Notes under the pieces: generated by a model
Databases searched by the model: none
Told to the model about the DNA's origin: nothing
What the model saw: only the letters and a program-made list of their open reading frames with translations
From: Somniosus microcephalus
Taxonomy: Eukaryota
Reading direction: 5' to 3'
Length of the DNA: 64,000 nucleotides
Assembly: GCA_052327205.1 (NCBI GenBank)
Contig: CM126207.1
Span: forward strand, 248,930,001-248,994,000
Translations under genes and position numbers: made by a program
Shown here: positions 37,037-51,074 of the stretch, one piece after another
How the letters are laid out: each line of letters opens with the position of its first letter
How positions within the stretch are numbered: position 1 is the stretch's first letter

Positions 37037-37087
37037 TTACACCACACTAAAACAAGCTGGTTAGAAACTTATTTTAGTGTGGTGTAA
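37037..37087. repeat. Inverted repeat with 16-bp perfect arms
   Basis: ttacaccacactaaaa / ttttagtgtggtgtaa, extendable by aag/ctt after one mismatch. Confidence 0.92.
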
Positions 37088-37960
37088 TACACAAATAAAC
37101 CTGAGAAGCAGTTTTCTAGAAAGAAGAAACCCTGTTTTTTACATTAAAATGTCAGCATTACTTTCTCAGCTAGTTATGGAAGTAAAAGCATTTCAAATAT
37201 ATTTAGTCAAATAGAAAGCTGCGGATGTGTTTTTTTTTAAAGAAAGGACTGGTAACAATCCGGCAGAATTTGCTTTCGACAAATGACAGAAATTGCTGAT
37301 CAGATAAATCAGATGTGGAAATACAGCACAAATAATCCTGAAATATGGACTAACGCAGGTCAAACTAATACTTCACTAACGTTAGGTACGTTTTAGAATC
37401 TGGATCTTGTCTCTTCAAATCCTCAGCTGCCTGAAGCTGCTAAACACAAAAAGTAGGCCCATTTTATTCCGCTGCTTGAGTCAATAGTATCTGCTAAAGG
37501 CAGCCAGTAGACACTTGTGAGACTGACATTTGCACTTTGTGAACTCCTTCCCCTAACCCTTCCTTTCAGAAAACTGCTTTGGCTTCCAATGAAAAACTAC
37601 TTCTCATTATGTTAAATAGATGCTAACCCTGTCCTCTGGAGAGAAAAAAAAGGCCGCTGCAGATGTTTAAAGCCCTCTCAGCCCATCCTCAGTAGAACAA
37701 TTACATCAATTTGCATTCCAGTTGAAGCTGGATTAGTAGTGGAATGCCTTTTCCAACTTTGTGCGGGTGAAAAAAAAGAGGGGGGGGGGTCGGTGAAAGA
37801 GCTTATCTTTTTCTACTTCATTCCTAAATCTGAGACGCTACACTTTCATGAAACAATTGCCTATTGGAAACAATTTTCCAGTGCACTAAATACTTATCAA
37901 AGTTAAAAGGGGAAAACATTTCTAAAAAGCCAAGGGGACGGCGGGATCATGGTGCATTAC

Positions 37961-38151
37961 CAAAGGAGCGACTCCTGTTGCTTTGATCCTTTCTGTTGCT
38001 ACAGAAACAGACTCCGCTCCTTTTTTAGTTAATCAAAACCAAATTATTTAGGAATGCGGCAAGACAGGTTGGAGTCTCGGACTTCTTTTGTCTTCACAGA
38101 TTTGGGGAAAAAAAGAAAAAAAACGAACAAAAATGAAACAAAGACTGTCTC
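37961..38151 (-). other. Candidate non-coding exon (191 nt)
   Basis: Pyrimidine-rich acceptor ctttttcctcattatcattttatgtccag|G, donor TTG|GTAATG, and locally retained CpGs. Motif evidence only. Confidence 0.35.
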
Positions 38152-39083
38152 CTGGACATAAAATGATAATGAGGAAAAAGGAATTGAAAACATATTTGTT
38201 AAATTTAACCATCTGACTGTCCAAATAATATATATCTAGAAACAAAGGAGTAGGACTGAAGAGTTATGTATCTCTATTTAAACAGTGCCCCATTGCATGG
38301 CCTTCATACTAAAGGCCACATTTGAATATCATTAAGTCAAACTCCTGCAAAAATCATGTCTATTTCTGATAACTCAGCGGTTTCTGATAGTTCAATGTAG
38401 TCAAATCGTATGATAGCTGCACTGGATCAACCTCGCCGATTAGGAGTAAATTGGAACGATTTATATATATCTCTGCCACAAGTACTAATATCATAGCGAG
38501 CATAGCTGGACAGCTCAATGTAAAATATAATAAAGTAGGTATTTGATGCTTATTCTCATTCGACTTCTTTTGTCGAAAATATTTTAAAAAAAATATTGTA
38601 TATATATTATATATATATAGCAACAAAATATAAAAACCTGAGGGCTACAAAAGCCTTCCAAGTTGGAGAGAGACGGGGGGGATATGAGGTTCCAGTCTTT
38701 AAAGCTCTATGAATCTATACACCCAGACAACCTTTAATCTGTCCCTCGGGAGACACCTTAAGGAATAAAGGTCCTAACATAGGAAATCCTGCTGGTTACC
38801 AGCATTGCTTTGAGCTCAGATCTGCTGCCACGTTGTAAATATGCAAAACCTCTTGTGCTGTCCGAATGGGTAGGTTTCCCTTTGGACAAGACAACTCAGA
38901 AAAGACCAGCCTTTACACTTTAACAATATTAGCATGTCTAAAATTCTATAGTGACCTTTTTTTAATAGCTTTAGGCAACTTTTGGTCCATGATATTAACT
39001 TGACCTTCTACACTTCTCAATACGTGTTTGCTTGCTTTATTAGGGATAAAGAAGTGGGCTCAAAAGAGAAATGGCTACTGTGT

Positions 39084-39451
39084 GACTAGACAGACTAGAT
39101 GCAGGAAGGATGTTCCCGATGGTCAGGGGAGTCCAGAACCAGGGGTCACAGTCTAAAGATAAGGGGTAAGCCATTTAGGACAGAGATGAGGAGGAATTAC
39201 TTCACCCAGAGAGTGGTGAACCTGTGGAATTCTCTACCACAGAAGGCAGTGGAGGCCAATTCATTAAATATATTCAAGAAGGAGTTAGATATATTTCTTA
39301 AGGCTAAAGGGATCAAGGGATATGGGGAGAAGGCAGGGACAGGGTACTGAATTTGGATGATCAGCCATGATCTCATTGAATGGCGGAGCAGGCTCGAGGG
39401 GCCGAATGGCCTACTCCTGCTCCTATCTTTCTATGTTTCTATGTTTCTATG
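39084..39451 (+). mobile_element. CR1-clade LINE 3' fragment
   Basis: Translation ESRTRGHSLKIRGKPFRTEMRRNYFTQRVVNLWNSLP and a (TTTCTATG)n tail. Very similar to 20461-20810 in inverted orientation. Confidence 0.93.
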
Positions 39452-40998
39452 TGTGTACAAAAGCTAAACCACCTCCATTCATGTTACCACTTACATTTTT
39501 GGTACACAACCACCTATCAATAATGCAATTTAAAAAAATGTACAAGGCCCATAACTCAACAGAGTAAGATAAAATTTTAAAAGTAGATGTCGAAGCTCAT
39601 ATACATATTCCAACTCTTGTTTGCTAAAGCAGTACTGTTCAAATTGACAACTTCCTGATCCTCAAAACTACATTAGAAACAGTGCTCCTGCTTACTGTTT
39701 AAAGAAAGGATTTCTACAATTTCACACCTCTGTTTTGCAGGATTTGCAAGGATCCTCACATGCTATGTGATGGTTTCTAGGTCATACTTATCCTAATCTC
39801 TCAGCAGGTCTTAGCTGGATACATTTATGATTTTTTACCACTGGGCCTCAGAAAACAATACATGGCTTCAGCATAGAGTTCATAGTGCTCATTTGAGACA
39901 ACAATGTCTTCAAGGTCGATTTGTTAACACTAACACTGTAAACATGGTTACAGACAAATGAACACAACTCACTGCGGAGTAAAACAACCAGGTGCTCATA
40001 TTGATGGGTGACTCTTAATCCTTACAGCAACAATTCCTGTCAGAAAAGGATTAAGCAGTTGGACGCAAACTAAAACGGTGTACATTGATAAGTTATACAT
40101 ATCACAAGGTTTTCTTTAAATTTCCAATTTATTACCGAGGACTGAAAGTACTTGGCATGAAGATGCCCTGTCCACCTATCAAGGCACTGCTGTACATGCA
40201 ATATATCAAATAACTCTCACATGACAAAGAATCAGCTTGAAAACGTGCCTCAGGAATAGGTAGTACAAACAGAAATGTCTTATTTTGGCCGCTCTCTGTT
40301 GTTTGTAATGTACAGTAGTTCAGGTTTTATCTCTATGTAAAACATAGCCCTGCAGCAGGGATGGGAGCAGCAACCACTGCACTTTGACACATAGGGTAGT
40401 GAAGGAGTTAACAGTCATGTGTAAAAGCAGACAACTAGGTATAAAATGGGCAGTTTGATACCACAGTGGGAAAATTATGTCAGGGCACAACCTAAGTGGC
40501 ATGTGCATAAAATGAGAGAGCACAGGACCACAGTCACATGGAATTAGAGTAAGGAGGAGTGATGTGCGTACACTGAAGGCAGGAGGGAATGTGTAAATGG
40601 GACCCACAGTGACAGGCCGCCTGTGGACTAGTGCTGTCCCAGCATGTTTGTATTAGATGATATGCCATCAATTTTAAAATTCAAATCATTTCATAAATTC
40701 AAAGCATTTTACTAACACTGTATACAGAAAATGTATAAAGAGCCAGCAATGCAATAGAATCATACATTTTGTTAATCCTCCGTGCCTCCCCCCCCCCCCA
40801 CAACCCAACCCCCCTCGCAGGTGAAGCACATTAGGTAAAAATAAAAGGGCTTTTCTTCCTCACTTGCAGGCTGTTTATCCAGCTCCAGTCTGGAGGGAAA
40901 GGCTTTACTGGCCTGTGGGATCCACTGAGGCTCTCTCAGTGCTGCTCTGCAATTGGATGGGTCAATTCAAAAAACATGCCACAGTTTTCCTTAAACAT

Positions 40999-41088
40999 GG
41001 AATAGTTTTTCCATCACCTGCACATTTTGCAGCATTGATGAGGGAATAGTTTTTCCATCACCTGCACATTTTGCAGCATTGATGAGGG
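40999..41088. repeat. Perfect 44-bp tandem duplication
   Basis: ggaatagtttttccatcacctgcacattttgcagcattgatgag twice, followed by gg. Confidence 0.97.
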
Positions 41089-43600
41089 TAAACAAAATTA
41101 TATTATATAGAACTGAAACAAAAGAACACTCTGAGGTTAAGGACTTGACACATAAGAAACAGGATGGACCTTTGGTTTACCTTGTCGAAACTGTTCGATG
41201 ACTGATTTAGTACAGGGAGAAACAGAAGTTGCCTCATAAGATACAGCAAATGGCATTCAGCTTACACTGACATTTTCTCTTTCTTTCTACTGACAAGTAG
41301 AAGACACAGAGAAAGTAAATATTACACCAAGCAAATTGTACACTGATAATCCTCATTTATAGCCTCCACAGAGAGAGTTTAACAATTTATGTCAGAGGAC
41401 TGTGCAGCATTTATCCACAAAATGTTTAAATCATGTTACAGATATAATTTTAATGTAGTCACATAATAGTATATTATTGAAGGTCAGGAAATGTTCTATG
41501 TAATGAAGTATATATGGGTGGTCAGTTGTAAGTTAGGTGTGTGCGCAATCTGAATTGGTTAGGGACCACCCCGTGTACGTCCAAAGCAATGAAGGATCCA
41601 CATTTGTGGAATTCATCCCCTTTCCACCCAGTATGTTGTAGGATATATGCAAGCTACCGTTTCCCTTTCTTTTCCAATGTGTGAAATGGCTGATGTCACT
41701 TCGGTTAGATGTACTGGTTACGAGGCTGTCGTTATGGCAGCAATGGTTGTGGGATGATTTTGTACCAGAACAATGGCTGGGTGGTGGAGTAGGCACCAGA
41801 GAGCAATGGTCAGCTGTGCAGAAATAGAATCGAAGTCCAATCTATAAACATGCCATTTATCAGACAATTACTGTATCACCAATTGCACTTTGTAACAGCA
41901 AACCACAGAAAACTGTTTCATAAAGTCAAGCCACTGTCACTCGGAAAGTTCACTAACTATGCTTCAGTTTTTAAGTTCTGGGTGGATTTTGTACAGGCAG
42001 AAAAGGAAAAATATATTTTTAAAAAACAAATATTAATTTATTCCAAATTTGCCCCCAAATAGCAGCACTCTCCAAATACATCTAACAAATGGTTCTTTAC
42101 AATTTAAGACATAAGGTGGCACAAACTGAAAAGTCCAAGCACAATGTTATGATGGAAAATATATGTATATAGGTAGGAAAATGTGTAAAAGTACAGACGT
42201 ACAAATAACATTCACATGCTGTAGAGACTTCTTCAGAGTTAGCAGATCAAACTAGAATTGTATATAGGTGACAGGCATTAAACTATAACGCATCTAATTT
42301 AAGTTTAAGTGGTGTATGTTGAAGGGAACTTTGATTATGTTCAAGTGAATAGCCAATGTCAGTGACAGCAGCACTAAGCAAAACACCTGAGCCTGTGCCT
42401 TAGCTGGTCAGGAACTCTACAAGGTTCCCCTTAGTCCAGCTACACACTGTATCTGGTACCACCACCAGAGGCACCAATGTAATTAATGACAAATAGGCTA
42501 CTCGTTTATTTCTTTTTTTTTAAAACCTGCACTCGGGACATTTGTTGCTCAAGTCTGTATTATACTTTCACAATATACAAGCAATCAGACACCAGCTGGA
42601 GGAATCCTCTGTCTGACCGCAATGCCAACTCAAAGAAAGAAGAAAAAGCAACATGCAATTCCACTTAAGAGAAGTGCAAACTTTATAAACTGAACTCTTT
42701 ATTCAGATTACAACCCACTTCTCCAAAACAAAAAGGGAAAGAAACTACAGCAACCTTTGAGCAGAAGCCTCAGCACTGTTGGGACCAGGAAGATGCCCAC
42801 TGCTTAAACACAACTGGCTACTTTGTAGTTTGAAACTATTATAGAAGCATGTCTGTTGAAATCCTGGAGAATGCCCGGGGCTCCTTCCTTCAAAACGGAA
42901 AATCTAAACACCACGCACTTTTATTTTTAAACAAGAGTCCCAGGAACTCACCACTTTTTCATTCCTGTGTGCATAGTTACCCAAACATTTCGAACTTCAG
43001 ATCATTTCAGAATCCCATCCTCCTCCCCTCTCTGTTTTTCAGTGCAGTCTCACGCCCAAAAGGGTTGAGTATTTTTGAGCTTTTAAAAAATCTAATTCCC
43101 AAAATGCTTTGAGTCTTGAGGCCTATCAGGTAAAATGCCAAAATTTAAAATAGAGGCCACTGAAAAGAGGCGGTCAAACAAGTTCAGTTTTGCACCTATT
43201 AAAATACAACTTAAAAATCTATACTGGGATCACTCAGTGCAGAGTTTATAGTATTAAAATCTGAACAAAATGCATCCAGGAATAGCCCTGGAGTGTGGGA
43301 GGAACTAGCCCTTCTCGTATCTGAGGTACAAATATGCTCAGCTCACTAACTTGGCAGCATAACAATAGCCTAATGTAATTAAACCAGCTATCAGTTGTTA
43401 GCATTTGCATATAAATGCATGCACAAATCACTGTAAAACAAGCCACAGCAAGTCAGTCTATTAGCATACGCAAATGCACCCCGCACAGCCCTGTAGGTAG
43501 GTCACAGTATCACTCAGTTTGAGTGAGTGAGCCAACAAGCTTCATACGGGGTCAAAGCTCCATCTGTCAGGAACTTGAAATACAAATATTAATGTTCTAC

Positions 43601-43680
43601 CTGGAAACTGGCGCAGGCCACGATTGGCTCCTTACAGGGAATGAAAAAGATTTTTTTTTCTCCAGTCAAATGACATCACG
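43601..43680 (-). other. Weak candidate 80-nt non-coding exon
   Basis: Acceptor cctgtttttatttcaag| and donor CAG|GTAGAA. Motif evidence only. Confidence 0.15.
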
Positions 43681-46600
43681 CTTGAAATAAAAACAGGCAA
43701 TCTTAAGGCAGACTGTAACACCCACTCCTGCTCACACTGGTTGTTTACAAATGTATTGGTGCTGCAACTTAAAAAAGCGAAGCAGATCCACATCACCACC
43801 CCAAAAACATGATGGCTTTAAGGGGGAATCCAGGTGGCTCTCGACAGAGTTTTCATTTTATACTTCACAACACTGATTTCAGACGCTATTGGATTTCCTC
43901 CGAAGATAGCTACTTTGGTGGTTTATTGCTGCACTCCCCACCTCACCAGGAAGATAAAATTAATCTTTACTTTGCATTGGGAAGTGATAAAGACAAAATG
44001 CTGTAAAATGGCCCTCAAAACACCGCAACAAAATTGACATTAAAACATAATGTGCAGTGGTAAACAAGGGCTACAAATTAATTGAGCAAAGTACATTCTT
44101 CTCAGAAAAGCTATGGGAAAGAGGCCTGGGAAAGCAGCAGTTGAGTGCAGCAATTTTAATTAAGATTCGTGCTTGCATCCATAATTCCCCCATACAGTGA
44201 GTTTCCAATCTTGTGTGGAAATCAGTAAGAGAAACAGAGGCAGCTTCACAGAGAGCAGGGAATTTACTTTCTCCTTTGGATAAAACTGGGGAACAAGTCA
44301 TCCGTGTGCAACTTTCTATCAGCTGATTGCAAAGCAGCAATAACAGAGGCCTTCAAGCAGACTGGCTGCCTACCCTATGGACAGCTGACTGGTCCATCTC
44401 ACTAGTGGGGACATAAAATGGAGGGAAGCAGAAAATAAGTATCACACACTTAAAAAATATTTTTTTCCCATGTGTGGGATGACAAATCTTTATGATGATG
44501 TTTCTTGTACATGTTGAGTCTTTCATCTATGCTGTGACCATTGGGTACTTTTCTTTCTTGTTCGTCAAGTGTCTATTTTCTCGTTAGTTCAATTTGTTTT
44601 TCTTCTTTCTAATTGGTTGCTTTCTACTTTAGTTATTTACCAAACCTCTCTCCATATTGAACTTTCTCCCAAAATCACTGCCTGCAAAAAACGTCATTCT
44701 ACCTAACAAAAAAAAACACCTACCCAAATCATATTCCACCAATAAAAATGCCACGGTACAGCCACCATGCCAATTCCTTGCTTCTCCACAATACACTGCT
44801 AAAAACAGATAAATAAAAACAAATCACAAACTTATCCACTGACATAGTTTCAATTTATTCACAAGAAACATGACAGCGCCACTGGATCTCTGAACATCCT
44901 GGCACTGAGTCTACTCCTTCCCCTCTCCCACATATGTTGCCATTCCCACCCAGTCAACAGACTCCATGCATTCGGAAGCCTGATGTAAATAAGCAAAACG
45001 TACATGCAGAGGAGTCCACTGCTGATGCAAAAGATACAACTTCCCAGGAACCACTGCATAGCTGGAGCTACAGTGCATGCACAAAGGAACAAGTCTGTTG
45101 AGTAGATGGAGGTGGGGAGGAAGAGAATGGAAGAAAAATTCTACTCCTGGAGTAGAGACATAGTTCCCGCCAAGCTTAGTGGGCTCACAGATTCCAACTC
45201 ACCATAACAACACTGGAAATCCACTACAAAAAAATGTTTCAATCCATTAGTCAGCCCTATGTCATAAAATGCACAGGTACAGAATGGAATTCTCTATATG
45301 GCAGAGTTGCGTCTTCCTCAAGTCACAATTGATCCAGTCACAGAACTCGAATCTTAAAGCTACACACCATTTTTACCTTAACAGTGAGAGACCAAAGTTA
45401 CTGATTAAGTGTAATTAGATTTTCCAAAAAACAAAATTGTTGTTATCAGCTGTCCACCTGTCTCTGGTTTTCTAACAGATCCAAAATGTTGTACTTCTGG
45501 GTTCAATTGCTTGAGAGAGAGAGAGGAGCGCAAACAGTTTCCAAGGGGTAACTGCATCACTTCTGACTTCCATAATGCCTTACTACACTTAGAAACACAG
45601 AGCAAAAGACTGCACTTTGGCTAAAACAAGGTAATACACACCAAGCCAAAATTTCAGGTTTTATAGGTACCCAAGGGCATAATGTTATGACAGATACCTC
45701 CCTAATTATCTACACATCATAACCATTTCAAAGTCAGACAGTAGATCAAATAAAGGCCCAGTGTTTTGCATATGGTCAGTGCTGAGATGGACAGACCCTG
45801 ACGATAGCTTCTTTTAATGTGCTGCAGTACATGGACATTAAAGCTGTTTTAATATTGGTGCTGCTTTAATTGAGATTTCAGGAGACTGTCATCATAAGCC
45901 ACATTCTGGTATTTATGCTGCTAAATCCAACTTCTTTATCCTGATGACAGACTCTGAATCCAGTTTTTTTAAGGGTCTCTGAATCTACTGACCAGAATAG
46001 GTGAGTTGGATTCCTGGAATCTCAATTAAGACAGTGCCAATATAAAAACAGCTTTACAGATGAGCTAAAATTCAGCATTAATAACCCATAACATCGTATC
46101 CAGGGATTAAGAATACAAATTGAAAGTGTCACTGTTAAAACAACACCAGTGGTATGTGACTATGGATTTCAATTCTCGATATGTCAGTGTTAATTTGTAA
46201 CAGTGTTGGGAATATCACAGTGGCACATGCCAGTCCACTTCAAGCACTCATCATATTTTATGCATTAGCATTTTATTATGTCTTTTACGAACAGAAGAGC
46301 GACAAAAGATTATAATCTCAATGTTGTATGTTTCATTTCTGTTTCTTCGCCCTTATTTTCCTCAGCTATGTTATTTGCTCCTCTACTTTTATACCTCCTG
46401 AATCCCCTCCACGCCATAGATCTTCAGATGTTGAGGCAACAGGTAGAAAACCAAGACTAAGGGTGCCACCAATACCAGACACTGGGAAGCAGACAAGAGC
46501 AACCTGGGATGATAGCCCTCTAAGTTTCCCCTCCCTGTGGGGAGTGGCTGCTTCTACTCAGCGCCTCCCCAAAACAGCACAGCTGAGATATGGAATTCAC

Positions 46601-49600
46601 CAAGTGGAGAAATATGTTTAGCAGCTGAAAAACCTGTCCCTCTGCAGCAACATGCATTGAAGCAAAAATGTATTGCGCCAGCATGCAATCCCTTATCTAT
46701 GCCATTCCTATTTTGGGTCACCAAATGTTTAAGAAAAGGGGGGAGAAAAACATGTCTGTACCAGCTTTCATGTGAGATCTTTGAGTATATCATTGCACTA
46801 GAGCTCAAAGCCTGTGTTTGAAAGCAGAGGAAGTGAGAATAGGGCTAAGGAAGCATAATCAAGGCCAGGAAAAAAAAAGAACCGGAGCCTATAATGACGC
46901 TGCAAACGGACCACGTGAACGCTAAAGCCACTTCAAACACTGAAAAAAATGACCAAAGTGTTGTAACAGGCCAGGCAGAAACTACATGGGCCCTGCGAGA
47001 CTATGATGAATATTTCTGTACCAAGGTCACAAGCAAGAACAGATTTGAGTGTTTATTCGGAAAACACTGAGTCTTGGGAAAGTTGGCTTGTTCCATTACC
47101 TGCAAGTGCTTCACAGCATCTAGTATTAAACAGATACTCAAGAGTCATTTGTGCAGCTGTTAAACATAAAGCAGTTTATGCAGATTTGGAAAACTACCAT
47201 GGAAATATGGTATGCAAAGAGCTAATGCAGAAACTTATAACCCCATATTATGTTTTTTTAAGTCTCATTCCTACAAAACAATTATACCAGCTACAATTAA
47301 CATTAAAGGAGCTTTATTATATCAAATACAAACATGACATACACCCTCCCTAAAGTGTGAGTCCAGTTACTTCCCTTTTCTCCATACGGTAGTTCATATA
47401 TTTAAATGCAAATCCAGCTGAAAATATGCCTTGTCTGAATTGGCCTCTATTCTCAGCCAGTACCTGGTTTGTTTTAAGTGTACACGGACAGTTCAAAACC
47501 TGTTTAGCATACCTTCTTCCCCCATACTAGCTCAGTTACACCAACGATCGATACTCCAGCAGAATGCCTGCTCTGAGCAGATGTAAGCTATACATGAGCT
47601 AAGGACTGCTTCAGTCTATGTTTGTTCCCACCCATTCTTGGCCTACACTACTCATTCTTTCCCAGCACATTTCAAACAAAAATGGACTGCGGACAAGGCT
47701 TTAGTAATTTCAGCTCTTTATCTTCTACTGTTTAGTTTCTGTTTAGCTCTTTAGGAACTGACATGGAAAGGAGGCAATGAGTGACTTCACTCATCAACAA
47801 AGGATTAGTACTACACTGCTTACCTTCTTCCTAGCTGCATGCTATGTATCATAAAGTTAAACTATTTCCATTGACTCAGTTTGGCAATATATTCATTAAT
47901 TATTTATCGCATAGTCATACAGCCTTTCACAGATAAGGGAACTAAAAAAAATAGTTTTTCTATTTACAATAATGAGTACATTGTGTTGTGGAGGATTTAG
48001 ATTTGATAAATGGAAGGGAAGACTAAATACAGAACATAATTCCATGTCCCCTACAGCAACGACCATAGCTACAATACCAAACACAATTATTGTACCCGGC
48101 TTCGAAGCTTATGCAAATTTACACAAACATACATAATGTGCCAGCATGCATTTCATTCAAAGCCCTGTGTTAAACAATGTTCAAGCGAAGGTTAATCTGA
48201 ATCATTCTGCCTTGCTGCTCAATTCGGCTTGCCGTGCAAAGCCTGACATCTACAGTTCTGTCTGGCATCGTCAAGGGCTGCATCATTTCCCACACAGCCA
48301 TTGAGCAAGCTTTCCCTTTGCAGCACAGGTACCTGAACACACTCACGGCCCTTTCTTCCTGGCCTCGGCAATTTATTTTAGCCCTCAGCTCAATCAGTCT
48401 ATCAAGCAACACAGGACAACTTGCTTGTTTGACTCATCTAAGTACAGCGGAAGGCCATTTGTCCAGCGTGAACGGGAGACGGCCAAGAAAGTACAAATAA
48501 TCAGGAATTCTGATCAATGGCAGCGCCCCTTCTATTTACTATAATATTAATGTTCAGTACATAGAAGACGGAGTTTGATTTCAATTTACTGAAAAGTTTG
48601 GATAATAGGGATATTTATTGTATTAAATTTCCTTGGCAGGGTGAAATCAAAGTACATTTTTATAGCACTGTGCAACAGCGATAAAAAACATATTAAATAG
48701 GAACAGGCTTTTTGTACTTATATTCACTGAGCAAATTAAAAACTCTAGCTTGCTGCATTTTCTAATGAAAGACAGAAACATGCAAGGTGTAGCCAATTTA
48801 AAATACTTTTAAACAGCAAATGCAGAAATAGCACATTTGCCGTCCCACGAATGCCTCAGGCCACATTTTAAATTATTTTATTACAATACTGAAGATTTAC
48901 TATAAACAATGTGCATACAAGTTCCAATAGCGCGTGTTTAAATACAGCCTAGGTTTTTGCCCCCCAAAAATTAAACCAAGCCGTTTCCGCCAAGATTGAA
49001 CATTGACAGTTGCCGCACAGGTACACACAACACCAAACATTCCATCAATGAGCCACTTCAGACTATTTTCACTTTGCTGGGAGAAGGCATCAAACAAATA
49101 GTGACTGGCTCAGTTCTGTCAAAAGACAGACAAACAGCCTCTGAAGGCATTAAGGGTTAGCATAGGTTTCTGACACCACTGTGCTTTTCAAACACCGAAC
49201 AGTAAGGAACCCCTCCCCACAGACACACAAACTTGCCAATTTAGAATTACAAACAATTTATTGGTAAACACTATTGTTCTCAATGAATGTAAACAATCTG
49301 CTTCTTTACTATTTTACCCAATGCTGGGAATAGATGAAAGCCCCACTTACAGTAGCCTTTAATTTGTGAGGGGCTCCAATTATTATTTAAAGGCATAAAT
49401 TAGAGGAGTAAAATTGGCTACATCTCGGTATCGACAACGCAAGTCAATTGATGAAAAAAAAGGGAAGGCAAAATATTTCCACTCTTTTCACTGAGTTTGC
49501 CCATACATTTGCAAGTGAATTGCCCGACTGTGGATGAGTTTAGGGGTTTAAAGGCACCAGCTTTGGTGCAGAAAAAAGAGACCTGAAGATGAATTAACAT

Positions 49601-51074
49601 ACAACAATACATACACTGAATAGCCACTGATCTAATCGGCCAGTGCATACCCTAACACTAAATCACAGTCTTCCGAGACACCTAAATGACAAGCTTGGAG
49701 GGGGAAAAAAAACCCAGATCCTGTTCAGTTACAATTCGTCAATCATTTGTGTGTATTAAAATGAATATAATTTATTTTAACAGCAAGTGTCAACACAACT
49801 GCAAAACGCGGTGCCCTAATGAAGCAGCATTAACAGCAACTTGTAGTCTTTAATTTTTAATGTCATTTACTTTCAGGTTACACGATGAAAGAAAAACTGA
49901 GAATGGACGGCATATTTAGATTTGGATGGGAATGCATAATTTAATTTGCGTTTTCTGTATTGTTTATTAAAATTATTAACTGCATACATTTCCATCCCGT
50001 TTCTTATCATGTAAATGGAGACACTGTACGGATCACTTACATTGGCTTGGAGATGCTTGTGGACAAACTGCACTTAAGAACCATTTGAGTCCACTTTCTA
50101 AATATTGTAGCTCCAATTAAAAACGCATCAAAAAATAAATGTTCTACCGTGCTGTATTGTCTGGGCCGGCGACTCTCAATCTGGGACCTTCACTTTAAGT
50201 ATTACAGGGTTAGGCACACGCACCAACAGTGATGATTTAAAAATAGGTCTGGCTAGGTATCTGCAACAGACCTGAATGCGGACGTGTGTGAAGAAGCAGC
50301 AGCAACACACACAAAAAAATGCGCCGCAATTAAAGTACAGCATTACAGTTTGAAAAATATAAATAAATAATTGCTGATCATTACCCTGACACCTCCCCTT
50401 TGTGCCCCCCCCTCAGCCCCCCACAACCACCTCCCCTCCCCGTCGTTAACTGGAATAACTGGTCCGGTGTGCGGTTGGCTTGCATATTCAAAAATGCAGT
50501 GAAATCGGATCCTCGGCGGCGGTGACCATAATTCTGCCAGAAGTTCAGAGCGATCTGTCTCTGCGGGCAAACACCTGGCGGGAGATGGTGCGGCCGGGCC
50601 GGGCGGGCGGCGGCAGCGTGATCGGGTCCTGACCCTGCTCGGCGCATCCTCGTTCTCCTTCGCCGCCATGCACGCACCTCTCGTCCGCCTCCGAACTCGG
50701 GCTGACCCGGCCAGGAGGGGAGGAGGGAGTGAGGGGGTTGCTAGGGGGGGTCAGATCCTATCCCTATCACCAGACGAATCATCTCCATTCAGTCAAATAT
50801 AACATTTTTGAAGAGGTTTTTTTTCCTTCAAAATATAATACAAGAATCCGAGCTCGGGATCAGCTAGACGTTTTACAAATCGCGTCCAGAATTTGACACG
50901 GGGGGGGGGGGAAGACAAAATGTAAGGGAATCTCGTCGGATCTTTCTGCTCAATAAACTTTGCCTTCTCCATTGATTTTTGTGTACAAAAGTAATAAAAA
51001 TCGCCTTCGATCTGGTATCAGATGAACTGAAATGGTGTGTTTGCTGTACAAATGATCTCAATGACTGACTGATG

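Noticed and set aside
37962-38023. SECIS element or known miRNA
   Set aside because: It lacks the UGAN/NGAN sheared GA quartet geometry and apical AA placement. The branched apex is unlike a pre-miRNA, and I recognise no mature sequence.
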